Source: Malacoraja senta (taxonomy: Eukaryota). Taken from it: a stretch of DNA of 64,000 nucleotides. Location of the stretch: NCBI GenBank assembly GCA_038087875.1, contig CM075987.1:19346001-19410000 (forward strand). The letters are read 5' to 3'. The notes beneath the pieces were generated by a model. The model saw only the letters and a program-made list of their open reading frames with translations. It searched no databases and had not been told where the DNA came from. This document shows, piece by piece, positions 1 through 12,732 of the stretch (within the stretch, counting starts at the first letter, position 1; each line of letters opens with the position of its first letter). The position numbers and the translations under genes are program-made.

Positions 1-2269
1 CATTAGAACCCTACCTTTGTAGGAATGTGCAAAAAAGAGTATTTTGTTACAGGCAACAATCCCAAGTGAATGCTCAGTCACTCGGATAACGCGTGTCGCA
101 AGGAACAGGGACGGATCCAGTTTTCGAGGGATGGTTCCTAGATTAAGTAACATTCCCAATCAAGGAAACTGCAAATCCTTCGGATGAGATGTTAAATCAG
201 GGCCCCTGACTCACTCTTCTCTACAGTGCCGCTTACAAGCAGCAAGGGAATTACCCTGGACACCGTGGCCAACATTGAATTGAATACTTTATTGTCACAT
301 GTGACAAGTCACAGTGAAATTCTCTACTTGCGTACCCAAGGTATGCAAATTGTCACCACGTAAAGTAAAGTTACAAAGTATCCCGCGCCAAGTCCTCCTT
401 TGTTCTCCCCCACCCCCCCACGCCGGCTCCACCTTTGGTCTCCCAACCTCCCCCTCCCCCTTCCTCACAGTGGTTCCCCCCTCGCAGGGTCCTCCTTTGT
501 TCTCAAAAGTCCTCATTATCACACTGCAATCTTTGGAATCTTCCTATTTTTAGTCGATAACATGCCTTGGGACATCAATGTCATTCATTGCCTTCCTTCA
601 ACTAGTGCAGTGATGAGGATCGTTATATCATAGTTGACCTGAAACAAAATATGACTGTGATTACATAATGTAGCATAGAGAAGGATGATTAAAAGTCAGT
701 GGACGGGAGAGGGAGTACCCTGCTGTCTGTAGAATGCCGCACAATTAGACTGATGGCTTCTAGGAACTCTGTTCCTGAAGGCAGCGGGAGCAGCATGTGT
801 GAATTCCATTGCTCTGACACATGTTGTTCTGTTCACAGCTGGTTCCTCCTGTCATTTTGCTTTCTCCTTCAACGAAACAATTAATTTACAAATTGCACAA
901 GAAAGTTGAGACTGCAGGCAATGTCCCACAGATCAGTCAACAAAAGCAAGAAAAGCAAGACATAGTACACAAGTGCTGGAGTAACTCAGCGGGTAACTCT
1001 GAAGGACATGGATAAGTGATGTTTCGGGTCGGGACCCTTCTTCAGAGTGGGAAGGCTCACCGGCCAATAATTCCCTGGATTCTCACTACCTTGGCTATTC
1101 TCCAGTCCTCCAGGGCCTCACACATGGTTAAAGAAGATGCAAAGGGCTTAATCAAGCCTCCCACAATTTTCTCTCTTGCCTCTTTCAATAAGTTGGGATA
1201 GATCCTATCTAGTCATAGAGCATGGAAACAGGGCCTTCGGCCCAAATTGTCCATGCCAGTCAAGATGCCCCTTCTCAGCTAATCCTACGTTACCGAATAG
1301 ATGACATTTCAGTTTGAGACCCTTACGGTATGGGAGGGTACAGAACAAAGCAAAGCCTACATCAATAACTCAGGAAAGGCAGAGCGCACAATGGCACATT
1401 GTTGGTTGGGGACGAGGTGATAACAAAGGAATACCCTGGATGGAGACGAGGGAAGAGGTGTGGGAACGGGTGCCACGTCACCTCTGGTTGCAGCTGAAAG
1501 CAACTGGGGAGGTGCATGTGAAACCCCTGTCTCACCTGGAAGGACTGCTGGGGTCCCTGAATGGAGGCGAGGGAGGAGGGACAGGTATTACATCACCTCC
1601 AGCCCCCAGTAAAAATATCTGGGGAAGTAGTGCATGCAAACCCTTGTCTCACCTGGAAGGACTGCTTGGGTCGCTGGAAGGAGGTGCAGGGACAGGTGTT
1701 GCATCTCCTGCACTTGCAACTGAAAGTGCCTGTGAATCCCTGACTCACCTGGATGGAGGTGCAGAGACGGGGGGGACTACATCTCCCATGACGCCCCGCG
1801 CCCGGACATTGCTAGGCCTCGGGAAACAACGACGGAAACTCAAACCTTCCCGCCCCCTCAAGCTTCTCATTCTTCGCTGTACTGAAATAAAACTGCGCTT
1901 CACCATCGATCCCTCGTCCTCCATTTGCCAACGACCGCCCCTGATCGGCACCACCTACACCCACCCACCCCCAACCTGCCCAGTGATTGGCTGTCAAAGA
2001 ATATTGATTATTTGCAAATCTTAACTCCTTCCTGAGCTGTCAGCACATTTCTTGTTATCTTCTCTCCTTCGTTGTCCAGTAAAGAGAGTAGATACAAAGG
2101 CAACACAGTTATTTGTTTTATTTAGAACAGTTCTCTGCGTGCCTCCATCCTTTATCAAGTCACATTTCCATGGGCTCGTATGATTGTAGCGCATGCGCCC
2201 TTTCAACTACGCAAAATTGAAGCTGGTGCTGCCATCTTTGATCAAGTCAACGAGAATAGAAATACAAAG

Positions 2270-3020
2270 TCAGACACAAAATGCTGGAGTAACTCAGTGG
2301 GTCAGGCAGCATCCCTGGTGAAAAAGAATAGGTCGAGACCTTTCTTCAGACTGAGAGTCAGGGGAAAGAGGAACGAGAGATGTAAACGGCACTTAGGAGA
2401 AATGAACGGAAGATATGCAAAAAGCAACGATAATCAAAGAAATGTGGGACACACTATAGGCCATTGCTGGTTGTGGGGTAGATGACAATGACAGACAGAT
2501 GAACTAAACAGGATGACAGTAAACTAGTATGACGACTAGGGTGGGGGAGGGACAGAGAGAGAGGGAATGCAAGGGTTATTGAAGTTAGATAAATCAATAT
2601 TCATACTTGAAGAAGTGTCTTGACCCGAAACGTCACCCATTCCTTCTCTCCAGAGATGCTGCCTGTTACTGATGCTGAGTTACTACAGCATTTTGTGTCT
2701 ATCTTCAATATTCATACCGCAGGGGTGTAAGCTACCCAAGCAAAATATGACGTGCTGTTCCTCCAATTAATGCTGGGCCTCATTCTGACAATGAAGGAGG
2801 CCCAGGACAGAACGGTCAGAATGGGAAGGGGAGTTAAATATTTGGCAACCGGGAAATCACGTATGCCGAGGCGGACTGAGTGAAGTTGTTCTGCGAAACA
2901 ATCGCTGAGACTTCAACAATGTGTAAGTGTAGGAAGGAAATGCAGATCCTGGTTTACACCGAAGATAGACACAAAAATCTGGAGTAACTCAGCGGGTCAG
3001 GCAGCATCTCTGGAGGACAT
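2270..3020. mobile_element. Composite Penelope-like fragments in both orientations
   Basis: Repeated gctggagtaactcagcgggtcaggcagcatc module plus an antisense GIY-YIG-region remnant (2710-2910). Confidence 0.75.
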
Positions 3021-3239
3021 CATCATACACACATCACATTTTGTTTAAGTGAAAGAAAATCACATATCGAATCACCCTTTAATGAAAGGATTTTTTTTGC
3101 CAAACTTCCTCATTAAATCGTATATATAAATATTTTAAATTTGTATCCTCAGATTATTTCTACCGAATGGAAATTAGAAACTTGCTTGTTCAGTTTGGAT
3201 AATAAGAAGGCAACACTTTACTTGGTTCACACGTTCACA

Positions 3240-3690
3240 AGTTATAGGAGTAGAATTAGGCCATTCGGCCCATCGAGTCCACTCCACCATTTAATCATGG
3301 CTGATCTCTGCCTCCTAATCCAATTTTCCTGCCTTCTCCCCATAACCCTTGACACCCGTTCTAATCAAGAATTTGTCTATCTCTGCCTTAAAAATATCCA
3401 CTGACTTGGCCTCCACAGCCCTCTGTGGCGATGAGTTCCACAGATTAACAACCCTCCCTCCTCGCCTCCTTTCTAAAAGAGCGCCCTGCAATTCTGAGGC
3501 TATGACCTCTGGTCCTAGACTCTCTCACCAGTGGAAACACCCTTTCCACATCCACTCTATGGCTTACATTATTCTGTAAGTTTCAATGAGGTCTCCCCCA
3601 ACCTTGTAAACTACAGCGAGTAGAGGCCCAGTGCTGTCAAACGCTCATCATATGCTAACCCACTCATTCCTGGAATCATTCTTGTAAATT
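3240..3690 (-). mobile_element. Degenerate CR1 LINE 3' fragment
   Basis: Resembles the CR1 3' UTR and ORF2 end seen in younger copies in this window. Confidence 0.8.
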
Positions 3691-4397
3691 AGTTGGGATT
3701 GACTGAAGTTCTTCAGAGAACCACCAGATGGCAAAACTGCCTCCAAAAAAAATCTCATCATTTTGCTCGGTAGAGAAGCTCTATTGACATGAACTGGAAT
3801 ATCTTAAAGGGCAACCAATGAATGTGCTTATTTTTTCCAGGCAGTTCATACGCAGTCATTCAACTCCTGTCCCCTCCTTTGTTCCCTCATCTCTCATCCC
3901 AGAGTCCCATATTTCCCTTGTAATCCCCCCTCCTCCCACCTGTTCCCTTCCATCCGTGTCCCTCCACCCAGCTTTGCATTTCACTCCTCTCTGCTCATCT
4001 GACACCCTTTAGTCTCCTTTTCACTTCTAGCCTTTGCCACTTGCTTCACCCATCTGCCAATCACCCCCATCCCTCACCTGTATTCACCCATCACTTGCCA
4101 GGCTTTGACCCGCCCCACCTCTCTTTTCCCCCCTACTCCAATCAGTCCGAAGAAGGTCCCGACCTGAAATATCCTATCTTTGATCTCCCATAGCATGTAC
4201 ATTCTCTCCAAAGGTGCTGCACGATCCAATAAGTTCCTCCAGCACTTTGTGTTTTATATCAAGCATATGTCTAAATTCATCAATTCTGGTTTCCCACCCA
4301 ACCACTGTAATCAAACTGCCCCTTTCAAAGTGACAAATAATATTTGTGATAACTTTCAATGCAGTAAACTGTCTCTCCGTTGTAATTAACCCAGCAT

Positions 4398-4710
4398 TGG
4401 GGCGACGGTGGCGCAGCGGTAGAGTTGCTGACTTACTGTGCCAGAGACTTGGGTTCGATCTTGAATTCGGGTGCTGTCGTTACGGAGTTTGTACGTTCTC
4501 CCCATGAGCTGCGTGGGTTTTCTCCGGGACCTCCTGCTTCCTCCCACACTCCAAAGACATACAGGTTTGTAGGTTAATTGGCTTGGTGTCATTGTAATTT
4601 GTCCCTTGTGTGTGTTGGATAATTTTAGTGTGCGGGGATCGCTGGTTCGCGCGGACTCGATGGGCCGAAGGGCCTGTTTTCACGCTCTATCTCCAAAACT
4701 AAAACAAAAA
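4398..4710 (+). mobile_element. HE1-type tRNA-derived V-SINE
   Basis: A-box GGTGGCGCAGCGG, B-box GGTTCGATC, V-domain-like core gtttgtacgttctcccc...gggttttctccgg, CR1-like 3' end and (AAAAC)n tail. Confidence 0.85.
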
Positions 4711-5125
4711 ACAGCATACTAAGTCACAACAATCTCCTCGAACAATTCTCTTCCATTGTCCATCTATTTTTGCTTCTTGCCCACCTGTTAATTTCATAAC
4801 CTGGACAATTTCACAAGTCCCAAACTCAGCTAACAATCTCTGATTTATCAAACGGCTGAAAGACCACAATAACCTGGGAACTGAATGATATCTCCATATA
4901 CCAGTCCAATTCCACCTACGCACCCACGCACCCAACCCACTAACTTAACTTTGGCACCTACGATTGATTCAGCCTATCTCTTGTATAACATGATAAGAGA
5001 CAAATTAGTTTGGTGGAAAAATGTGCCATATATCATTTGTGCATAGATCGGTGCCCCTTTACATGGGGATTTTCCTGATTGATTAGCTGTTGATAGCGTT
5101 GCCACTGGGTACAAGAGGTTATCCT

Positions 5126-5921
5126 GGCAAAAACAGGAAAGCAGACTATTATCTAAATGGTGGCCGACTAGGAAAAGGGGAGATGCAGCGAGACCTGGGT
5201 GTCATGGTACACCAGTCATTAAAAGTAGGCATGCAGGTGCAGCAGGCAGTGAAGAAAGCGAATGGTATGTTAGCTTTCATAGCAAAAGGATTTGAGTATA
5301 GGAGCAGGGAGGTTCTACTGCAGTTGTACAGGGTCTTGGTGAGACCACACCTGGAGTATTGCGTACAGTTTTGGTCTCCAAATCTGAGGAAGGACATTAT
5401 TGCCATAGAGGGAGTGCAGAGAAGGTTCACCAGACTGATTCCTGGGATGTCAGGACTGTCTTATGAAGAAAGACTGGATAGACTTGGTTTATACTCTCTA
5501 GAATTTAGGAGATTGAGAGGGGATCTTATAGAAACGTACAAAATTCTTAAGGGGTTGGACAGGCTAGATGCAGGAAGATTGCTCCCGATGTTGGGGAAGT
5601 CCAGGACAAGGGGTCACAGCTTAAGGATAAGGGGGAAATCCTTTAAAACCGAGATGAGAAGAACTTTTTTCACACAGAGAGTGGTGAATCTCTGGAACTC
5701 TCTGCCACAGAGGGTAGTCAAGGCCAGTTCATTGGCTATATTTAAGAGGGAGTTAGATGTGGCCCTTGTGGCTAAAGGGATCAGAGGGTATGGAGAGAAG
5801 GCAGGTACGGGATACTGAGTTGGATGATCAGCCATGATCATATTGAATGGCGGTGCAGGCTCGAAGGGCCGAATGGCCTACTCCTGCACCTAATTTCTAT
5901 GTTTCTATGTTTCTATGTTTC
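5126..5921 (+). mobile_element. Young 5'-truncated CR1 LINE
   Basis: Open ORF2 C-terminus ending [10 protein letters not shown]; (TTTCTATG)n tail; TATCCT repeated on both sides. Confidence 0.96.
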
Positions 5922-6656
5922 TATCCTCGTAGGGAATGTGTTAATCCACATGCAGAGTTTGCTTTGGGTCTGAATGGAATCTATTCCATGCCACATTTTG
6001 CTTTCTGTGAATTTATACACCAAGCATTGACTGTTATCTTTCACTGTTGGTGTTTATAATAGCTTCAATCCGTCTTGATGATGCTTTCAAATTTGAATGG
6101 AGCTTTGTTTAGTTTTTACGAATTTGCCTGAACAAGGACATCCGGAAAATTCCTGTGTTAATGCCTGTTAATCTTGCTTTGTACTTACACATATTTACAT
6201 TTGAACTTGGAATGGTCCAGTTCATGTTGAGATTGTTCGGGTGATAATATCGATTATTAATGCAATGAGATCTGGAGCTGGAACTTGGATCTGGAACTAA
6301 AATATAATGTTTATAAACCATATATCTAGTGTAATGTCGATGGAAGTTGCAATCTATCCAACTTTTATTTCACAGTTTACCAAGGAAGACAATAATTTAA
6401 TTAGTGCATATTATAATTTCTACTGAAATTAAAAGGGGCACAACAGATCTGAAAAAAGTAGCTTAAAGCACCAACAAACCCTGTAACGAAGGGATGACAT
6501 TTCTAAATAATTTATGCGCTTCTGACGCACAAGGTGGAATAATTTTGCAGCACATCTGTAATCTAACAACCTTTAGTCTTTCAGACAAATGTAGAGGCAC
6601 AGATGTGGTTGATTCTGAACTGTCTCCTCAGTTCCAGAACAATTAGAGAAAGCGTT

Positions 6657-6787
6657 TAAGAAGGAACTGCAGATGCTGGAAAATCGAAGGTACACAAAAA
6701 TGCTGGAGAAACTCAGCGGGTGCAGCAGCATCTATGGAGCGAAGAAAATAGGCAACGTTTCGGGCCGAAACCCTTCTTCAGACTGCG
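6657..6787 (-). mobile_element. Short Penelope-derived element beginning with a minimal hammerhead core
   Basis: 16-bp TSD AATTAGAGAAAGCGTT (6641-6656, 6788-6803); minus strand reads gtCTGAAGAagggtttcggcccGAAAcgttgcc. Confidence 0.85.
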
Positions 6788-7465
6788 AATTAGAGAAAGC
6801 GTTGTTTGCGAACAAATAAATAAAACAAAATCTCCAACTCACACATACTTTGATTCCTACAGCTAAAATAGTTAAAATATTGTGCAATATTTAAAACCAC
6901 AACTGCACAGTTTTCTTAAAAGGAGAGAAAGAGGAATGTGGCATAAATGGACTGTGGAGAAGGGTTCCAACTCGAAACTGTCCATTCTCTCCACAGACGC
7001 TGCCTGACCAACTGAGATGATCCAGCACTCCAATCTGACCAGCACTTCCCTATGCATTACCTGACCCAAGATATTCTACTGTCTAGAAGTACCATATGTA
7101 TTTATACATGGACTGCATTTGGCTGAGGCAGAAAATTCATATGGATGATAAACCTCATTGGCTGATTAATGCTATTTTTTGTGCGTGTGTATTTTCCACT
7201 TGCATTTGGGCTGTCTGCTCATATTAAGTATACAGACGAACTGCCAGCACTTTGTCTACATATTTGCAAAAGGAAGAGAATGAGTATTAAGCACTCATAA
7301 TAATACTCAAGAGTCTCCAAAAGGGAAGGGCACATTTAAGTTGCAAGTATCTGGGAAAATAATGTCAATGTTTAATTTCATTCACAACTCTTTGGACAAT
7401 GAAGCAGACAATCCTGCATAAAACAAAACCTGGACAACTTTCAGGCTGCAGATTTGGTTAATGAT

Positions 7466-8333
7466 CATGGAAACAGGCCCTTTGGCCCACCAAGCCCACC
7501 CTACCATCGATCGCCTCTTCATACTAGATCTATGTTATCTCACTCACACCCACTCCCTACACACTAGGGCCAATTTATAGAAGATAATTAACTTACAAAC
7601 CCACATCTTTGGAATGTGGGAAGAAAATCAGAGCCTGGGGCCATGGTCTGCAGAGCTCCGGCCCAGCGCGACGTCTGCAGCCTGGGATCCCTCGCTGGGG
7701 ACCCGGGAGAGGAAGAAGCTTCCACTCCGACTGCCGGCCCGCGGCCAACTTCTACTGCGGGCACGGCGTGGACTTACCATCGGGAGCGGGGTCCCTCGCT
7801 GGGGATCCCTGGAGGGGAGCTTCGACTTCGACTGCCGGCCCTGCAGTCTGCGGTGCTTCTGGCTGCGGCGCGAACTTTAAATCACCGACCGCCGGCCTGC
7901 GGCCTACACCAACCTGAAGCCGCGGTCTCCGGTGGGGAGGCACCGATTCAGGACTTACCTTGACTTTCATTCATCTGGATGCCCGCAGCGGCGGCTGCGG
8001 AGGGTTGAGGTCCCGACCGCGGGGGAAAATGGAGGAGGACTGGCCAAATTTTGTGCCTTCCACCACAGTGATGAATGTTGTGGTGGATGTTTATGTTAAA
8101 TTTTTATTGTGTTTTTGTGTGTTCTTTCTCATTGTACCGCTGCTGGCAAATTCATTTCACTTGCACAATGTGACGAATAAAACCGTATTGTATTGTATTG
8201 TATTGTATTGTAAATCCACGTGGTCACAGGGAGAACATGCAAACTCCACACAGACAGCATCTGAGGTCAGGATAGAAACCTGGTCTCTGGTGCAGTGAGG
8301 CAGCAGCTCTACTTGCTGCACAACTGCCACCCC
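7466..8333 (-). mobile_element. HE1-type SINE interrupted by a GC-rich insertion (7637-8211)
   Basis: The SINE halves rejoin across the insert. Confidence 0.75.
7637..8211 (+). mobile_element. GC/CpG-rich retroelement 3' fragment with AATAAA and (TATTG)n tail
   Basis: Shares blocks (ggacttaccatcgg, gatccctcgc, cacagtga..tgtggtggatgtttatgttaaa) with 11700-12197. Confidence 0.65.
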
Positions 8334-9091
8334 TGGGGATAAAGGCATGTGGGCCTTTATTGTGAAGGGGTGGGATGCAGTTGTACGAGGTGTTGGTGAG
8401 GCCACACCTGGAGTACAGCGCACAGTTTTGTGTCCTTACCTAAAAACAGATACGGGAGCACTGGAGACAGTACAAATGAGGTACACCAGGCTAATTGCTG
8501 GAATCAGAGAGTTATCCGATCAAGGGAGGAATGGAGTCTGCATTCCTTGGAGTTTAGCAGAATGAGAGGTGACTGTAGACAATAGACAATAGACAATAGA
8601 CAATACACAATAGGTGCAGGAGTAGGCCATTCGGCCCTTCGAGCCAGCACCGCCATTCAATGTGATCATGGCTGATCATCCCCAATCAGTACCTCGTTCC
8701 TGCCTTCTCCCCATATTCTCCATATTCTCCCCATACTGTATTCAAATATATAAGATGCTAATGGGGAGGCTTCACACTGCATATGTTGAGATGCTTTCCC
8801 TTGTGAGAGAGTCACATACAAGGAGATGGAACTACAAAATAAGGGGCCTAATATTTAAATCTGAGGCGCTTAGAAATTTCTTCTCTAAGATGGGTCTCGG
8901 AAATCCTCAGCTCCCAAGGGTGGTTATAGTCAGAACATTAGATAAATATTCGGAGGATCAAGGAATTCAGGGATAGGGATTACTGACACAGAATTGGAGA
9001 CACTGTTGGTCATGATCACATTGAATAGCGGAGCCTATTCCTGTTCCTATTTTTTTGTGTTCTTGGAAACAAAAGGCCTTCAGTTTGTGAT

Positions 9092-9650
9092 TCCAGGTTC
9101 GGCAGAGGTTCATCTGCACCTCCTCCAACCTCATCTATTGCATCCGCTGCTCTAGGTGTCAGCTGCTCTACATCGGTGAGACCAAGCGTAGGCTTGGCGA
9201 TCGCTTCGCCCAACACCTCCGCTTGGTTCGCAATAACCAACCTGATCTCCCGGTGGCTCAGCACTTCAACTCCCCCTCCCATTTGGAATCTGACCTTTCT
9301 GGCCTGGGCCTCCTCATGGCCAGAGTGAGGCCCACCATAAATTGGAGGAGCAGCACCTCATATTTTGCTTGGGTAGTTTACACCCCAGTGGTATGAACAT
9401 TGACCTCTAATTTCAGGTAGTCTTTGCTTTCTCCCTCCCCTTCCCAGCTCTTCCTCAGCCCACTGTCTCTGCCTCTTCCTTTCTTCTTCCCCCCCCCCCC
9501 CCCCCCCACCCTTACATCAGTCTGAAGAAAGGTCTAGACCCGAAACATTGCCTATTTCCTTCGCTCCATAGATGCTGCCTCACCCGCTGAGTTTCTCCGG
9601 CATTTTTGTCTACCTTCGATTTTCCAGCATCTGCAGTTCCTTCTTAAACA
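9092..9650 (+). mobile_element. Penelope-like element 3' fragment (GIY-YIG endonuclease remnant plus 3' region with hammerhead-like core)
   Basis: Translates QVRQRFICTSSNLIYCIRCSRCQLLYIGETKRRLGDRFAQH...PVAQHFN; ctgaagaaaggtctagacccgaaac near 9522; 13-bp TSD TTCAGTTTGTGAT (9079-9091, 9651-9663). Confidence 0.92.
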
Positions 9651-9974
9651 TTCAGTTTGTGATAAGTTAGTTACACAATAACTTTGGGATTGGATATGTC
9701 CCTGTATGCTTTTCCTGTGATTATGGTGAGAATATGTTTCCTGTTGAAACAACATTTTCTGTTGCAGAATGAGTGATTGGTCCCTTGGCAATTTGTATAA
9801 GAATGTTTTTTTTTCTGAGGGTTTTCTTGGCAGTGATTCCCGAGACTCTTGATGATTAATATCCCATTACCGCATTCAAAGATATATCGAGATAATGGAG
9901 GACAACAGAAGATCAATGAAGCTTAAAACAGAATGCTGATGAATAAAGCAAGATCTCTGACTTGGAGATTGCCA

Positions 9975-10280
9975 GAGCTAGAGGGTCTGGGCTACAGGGA
10001 GAGGTTGAGCAGGCTGGGACTCTATTCCCTGGAGCGCAGGAGGATGAGGTGTGATAGAGGTGTATAATATCATGAGAGGAATAGATCGTGTAGGTGCACA
10101 GAGTCTCTTGCCCTGAGTAGGACCAGAGGACATAGGTTTAAGGTGGAAGGGAAAAAATTTAACAGGAATCTCAGGGGCAACTTTTTCACACACAAAGTGT
10201 GGTGGTTGTATGGAACAAGCTGTCAGAGGAGGCAGTTGAGGCAGGGACTATCCCAATGTCTAAGAAGCAGCTGGACAGGC
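9975..10280 (+). mobile_element. Degenerate CR1 LINE fragment
   Basis: Matches the CR1 ORF2 C-terminal pattern (ctacagggagaggttg...gggcaactttttcacaca). Confidence 0.75.
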
Positions 10281-11117
10281 ACAGTAGGTTCCGACGCTGC
10301 ACACTATGTTTTCAATGAGCTTGGCAAATTAATAGTAGGACATAGGATAATCTCCCATGATATTCGGATACTCCGCAGCACCACTTGAACATGCAATCAA
10401 AAAACTACAGATGCTGGAAATGTGAATTAAAAAGAGAAAATGCTGGAAATCTCAGGTCAGGCAGCATTGGGAATTGTAGAGTTGGAAATTGAGCTAACAT
10501 TTCGAGCCAGAGACCTTTAACGTAGTGACGCCAAACAGGGCTGTTATATTTCACAAGGAATAGATTTTCAGGGGAGTGTTTAATTTAGAGACACAAGGGA
10601 TTGTAGATTGCCGGTATTGTGAGCAAAAAAAACAAACTGCTGGAGTAACTCAGCAGGTCAGGCAGTATCTGGGAAACGGTCATACGATGTTTTGTGAAGG
10701 CCCCTGACCCAAAACATAGTCTTTCCAATTCCCTCCCAGACCAGTTTATTTTGTGCACATGTTTAATTTACATTGTTTTTGTTTTTGTGAGATTCCAGCA
10801 AAGCACAGATGTATAAATACGTACATCTTATCATGCACATGCATCATATTTAAAAATAATACTTGAAGGATTAATCCTCTTTGCACTTTCCAGAACCATG
10901 CGATGCAATGCCTGTGCTGAACAGGATGCCAAGACAATCTCTTATCTGCCATCATCAAAATCCATATCCCTCTATTCCCTGCATTGTGCAAATCCAAAAG
11001 TCTCTTAAATACCACAATACTATCTGCCTCTACCTCAGCCATGTGTTCCATGCGCCCACTGTGTAAAAAAACTTGCCCCGCACATCTCCTTTAAACTTTG
11101 CCCTTCTCTGAGCAAAG

Positions 11118-11410
11118 CGCACGGTGGCGCAAAGGTAAATCTGCTGCCTAACAGCACCAGAGACCCGGATTTGATCCTGACTTTGGGAGCTGTCTGTAGT
11201 TAGTTTGTATGTTCTCCCTGTGACCGCATAGTGTGGTGCTCCAGTTTCCTCTCACACTCTAAAGACGCCCAGGTTTTGTAGGTGAATTGGCTTTGGTAAT
11301 ATTGTAAATTGTCCCTGGTGCGTAAGGATTATTGTACGGGTGATCGCTGGTCAGCATGGACTCGATGGGCCAACGGGCCAGTTTCCCTGCTCTATTGTAA
11401 AGTCTAAAGT
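11118..11410 (+). mobile_element. HE1-type SINE
   Basis: Same head, core and tail as 4398-4710. Confidence 0.8.
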
Positions 11411-11699
11411 CTCTCACATTAAAGTTATGCCCTCTGATATTTGACATTTCCATCTTAGGAGATTCTGCCAGGCTACCCTGTCCATGCTTCTCCTTTCCAA
11501 GAATTGGATGCAATTTGTGAAATGATTTATATGTTATTTGGACGTGTTCATCTTTCCTTGAACATGGAACTGGTGATCAATGGTTGGCATGACTCGGTGG
11601 ACCGTAGGTCCTGTTTCCATGTTTTATCTCTAAACTAAACACTGTGGCCCTGGTGTTTACCACATTGATGACCATTAATGTACAAAGACTTTAAGACAT

Positions 11700-12197
11700 T
11701 AATAGTTTGTGTTAATGTTCTCTGGTTTGTTTTATGTGGTGGGAGGGGGAGGGGAAACATGTTTTCAATCTGTTACCTTGCCGGAGATGCAATTGTTTCC
11801 GGGTCGTATCTCCGGTTGATCTGTGGCCTAACATCGTGGAGCAGGAGGTCTTGATCGGGACTGACTTTGAGCCCCACCGCGGGGACGTGGACTTACCATC
11901 GGAGCCTGCGATCCCTCGCCTGGGATCAACGCTCCAGGCGCGGCCTGTGGACTTTAACACCGAGAAGCCCCTGACCGCGGGAGAACAAAGAAGGGAAGAG
12001 ATTGACCTTTATTTCGCCTTTCATCACAGTGAGGAATGTGGAGGAGTCACTGTGGTGGATGTTTATGTTAAAATGTACTTTGTGCGTTCTGTTGCTTTTT
12101 ATTGGTATGACTGTATGGCAAATCAAATTCCTCGTATGTTGCAAAACATACTTGGCTAATAAAGTATGATTATGATTATGATTATTATGATTATGAT
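11700..12197 (+). mobile_element. Related GC-rich retroelement fragment with AATAAA and (ATTATG)n tail
   Basis: Similarity to 7637-8211; microsatellite tail. Confidence 0.65.
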
Positions 12198-12419
12198 TCG
12201 TACAGGGTCAAACAGACAATGTGTGGCAGTGACTGAGTCTCCTCATGCTGCTTCTTCTCCATATTTCCATGAGCTAGGAAGTTCTTCATTATAACCCAAA
12301 TCTATCCCTGAATCAATGACGAAGGCAGATGATTGGCAATTCACTATTCATGGGACCTGCTGAGAGTAGGTTTGAATGTTATTTCGTATTGGTTTATCAC
12401 ATTTGATCGACTGATTAAA

Positions 12420-12691
12420 AGATCAGCATGGAAACAGGCCCTTCAACTCACTGCCCATTGTCACTCATTCACAGTAGTTCCATGTTATCCCATCCACTCT
12501 GTATGCACTAGGGTCAATTTACTGGGGCCAATTAACCTACAAACCGCACATCTGTGGCATGTGGGAGGAAACCCACGCGGCCACATGGAGAACGTGCAAA
12601 CTCCACACAAACAGAACCCAAGGTCAGGATTGAACCTGGGTCTCTGGCTCTGCGAGGCAACAGCTCTACCAGCTGCACCATGTGCCACCGT
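12420..12691 (-). mobile_element. HE1-type SINE
   Basis: Reverse-complement match to the SINE pattern seen in this window. Confidence 0.8.
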
Positions 12692-12732
12692 CATGTTCAC
12701 CAAGATACAGTGAAAAAGAATAATTTGAACAG

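Noticed and set aside
1314..2024. 236-aa plus-strand ORF as a protein-coding gene
   Set aside because: Non-ATG start, no recognisable domain, and its length is partly explained by GC-rich internal repeats.
4398..4480. tRNA genes at SINE heads
   Set aside because: A/B boxes continue into SINE core and tail; no complete cloverleaf is evident.
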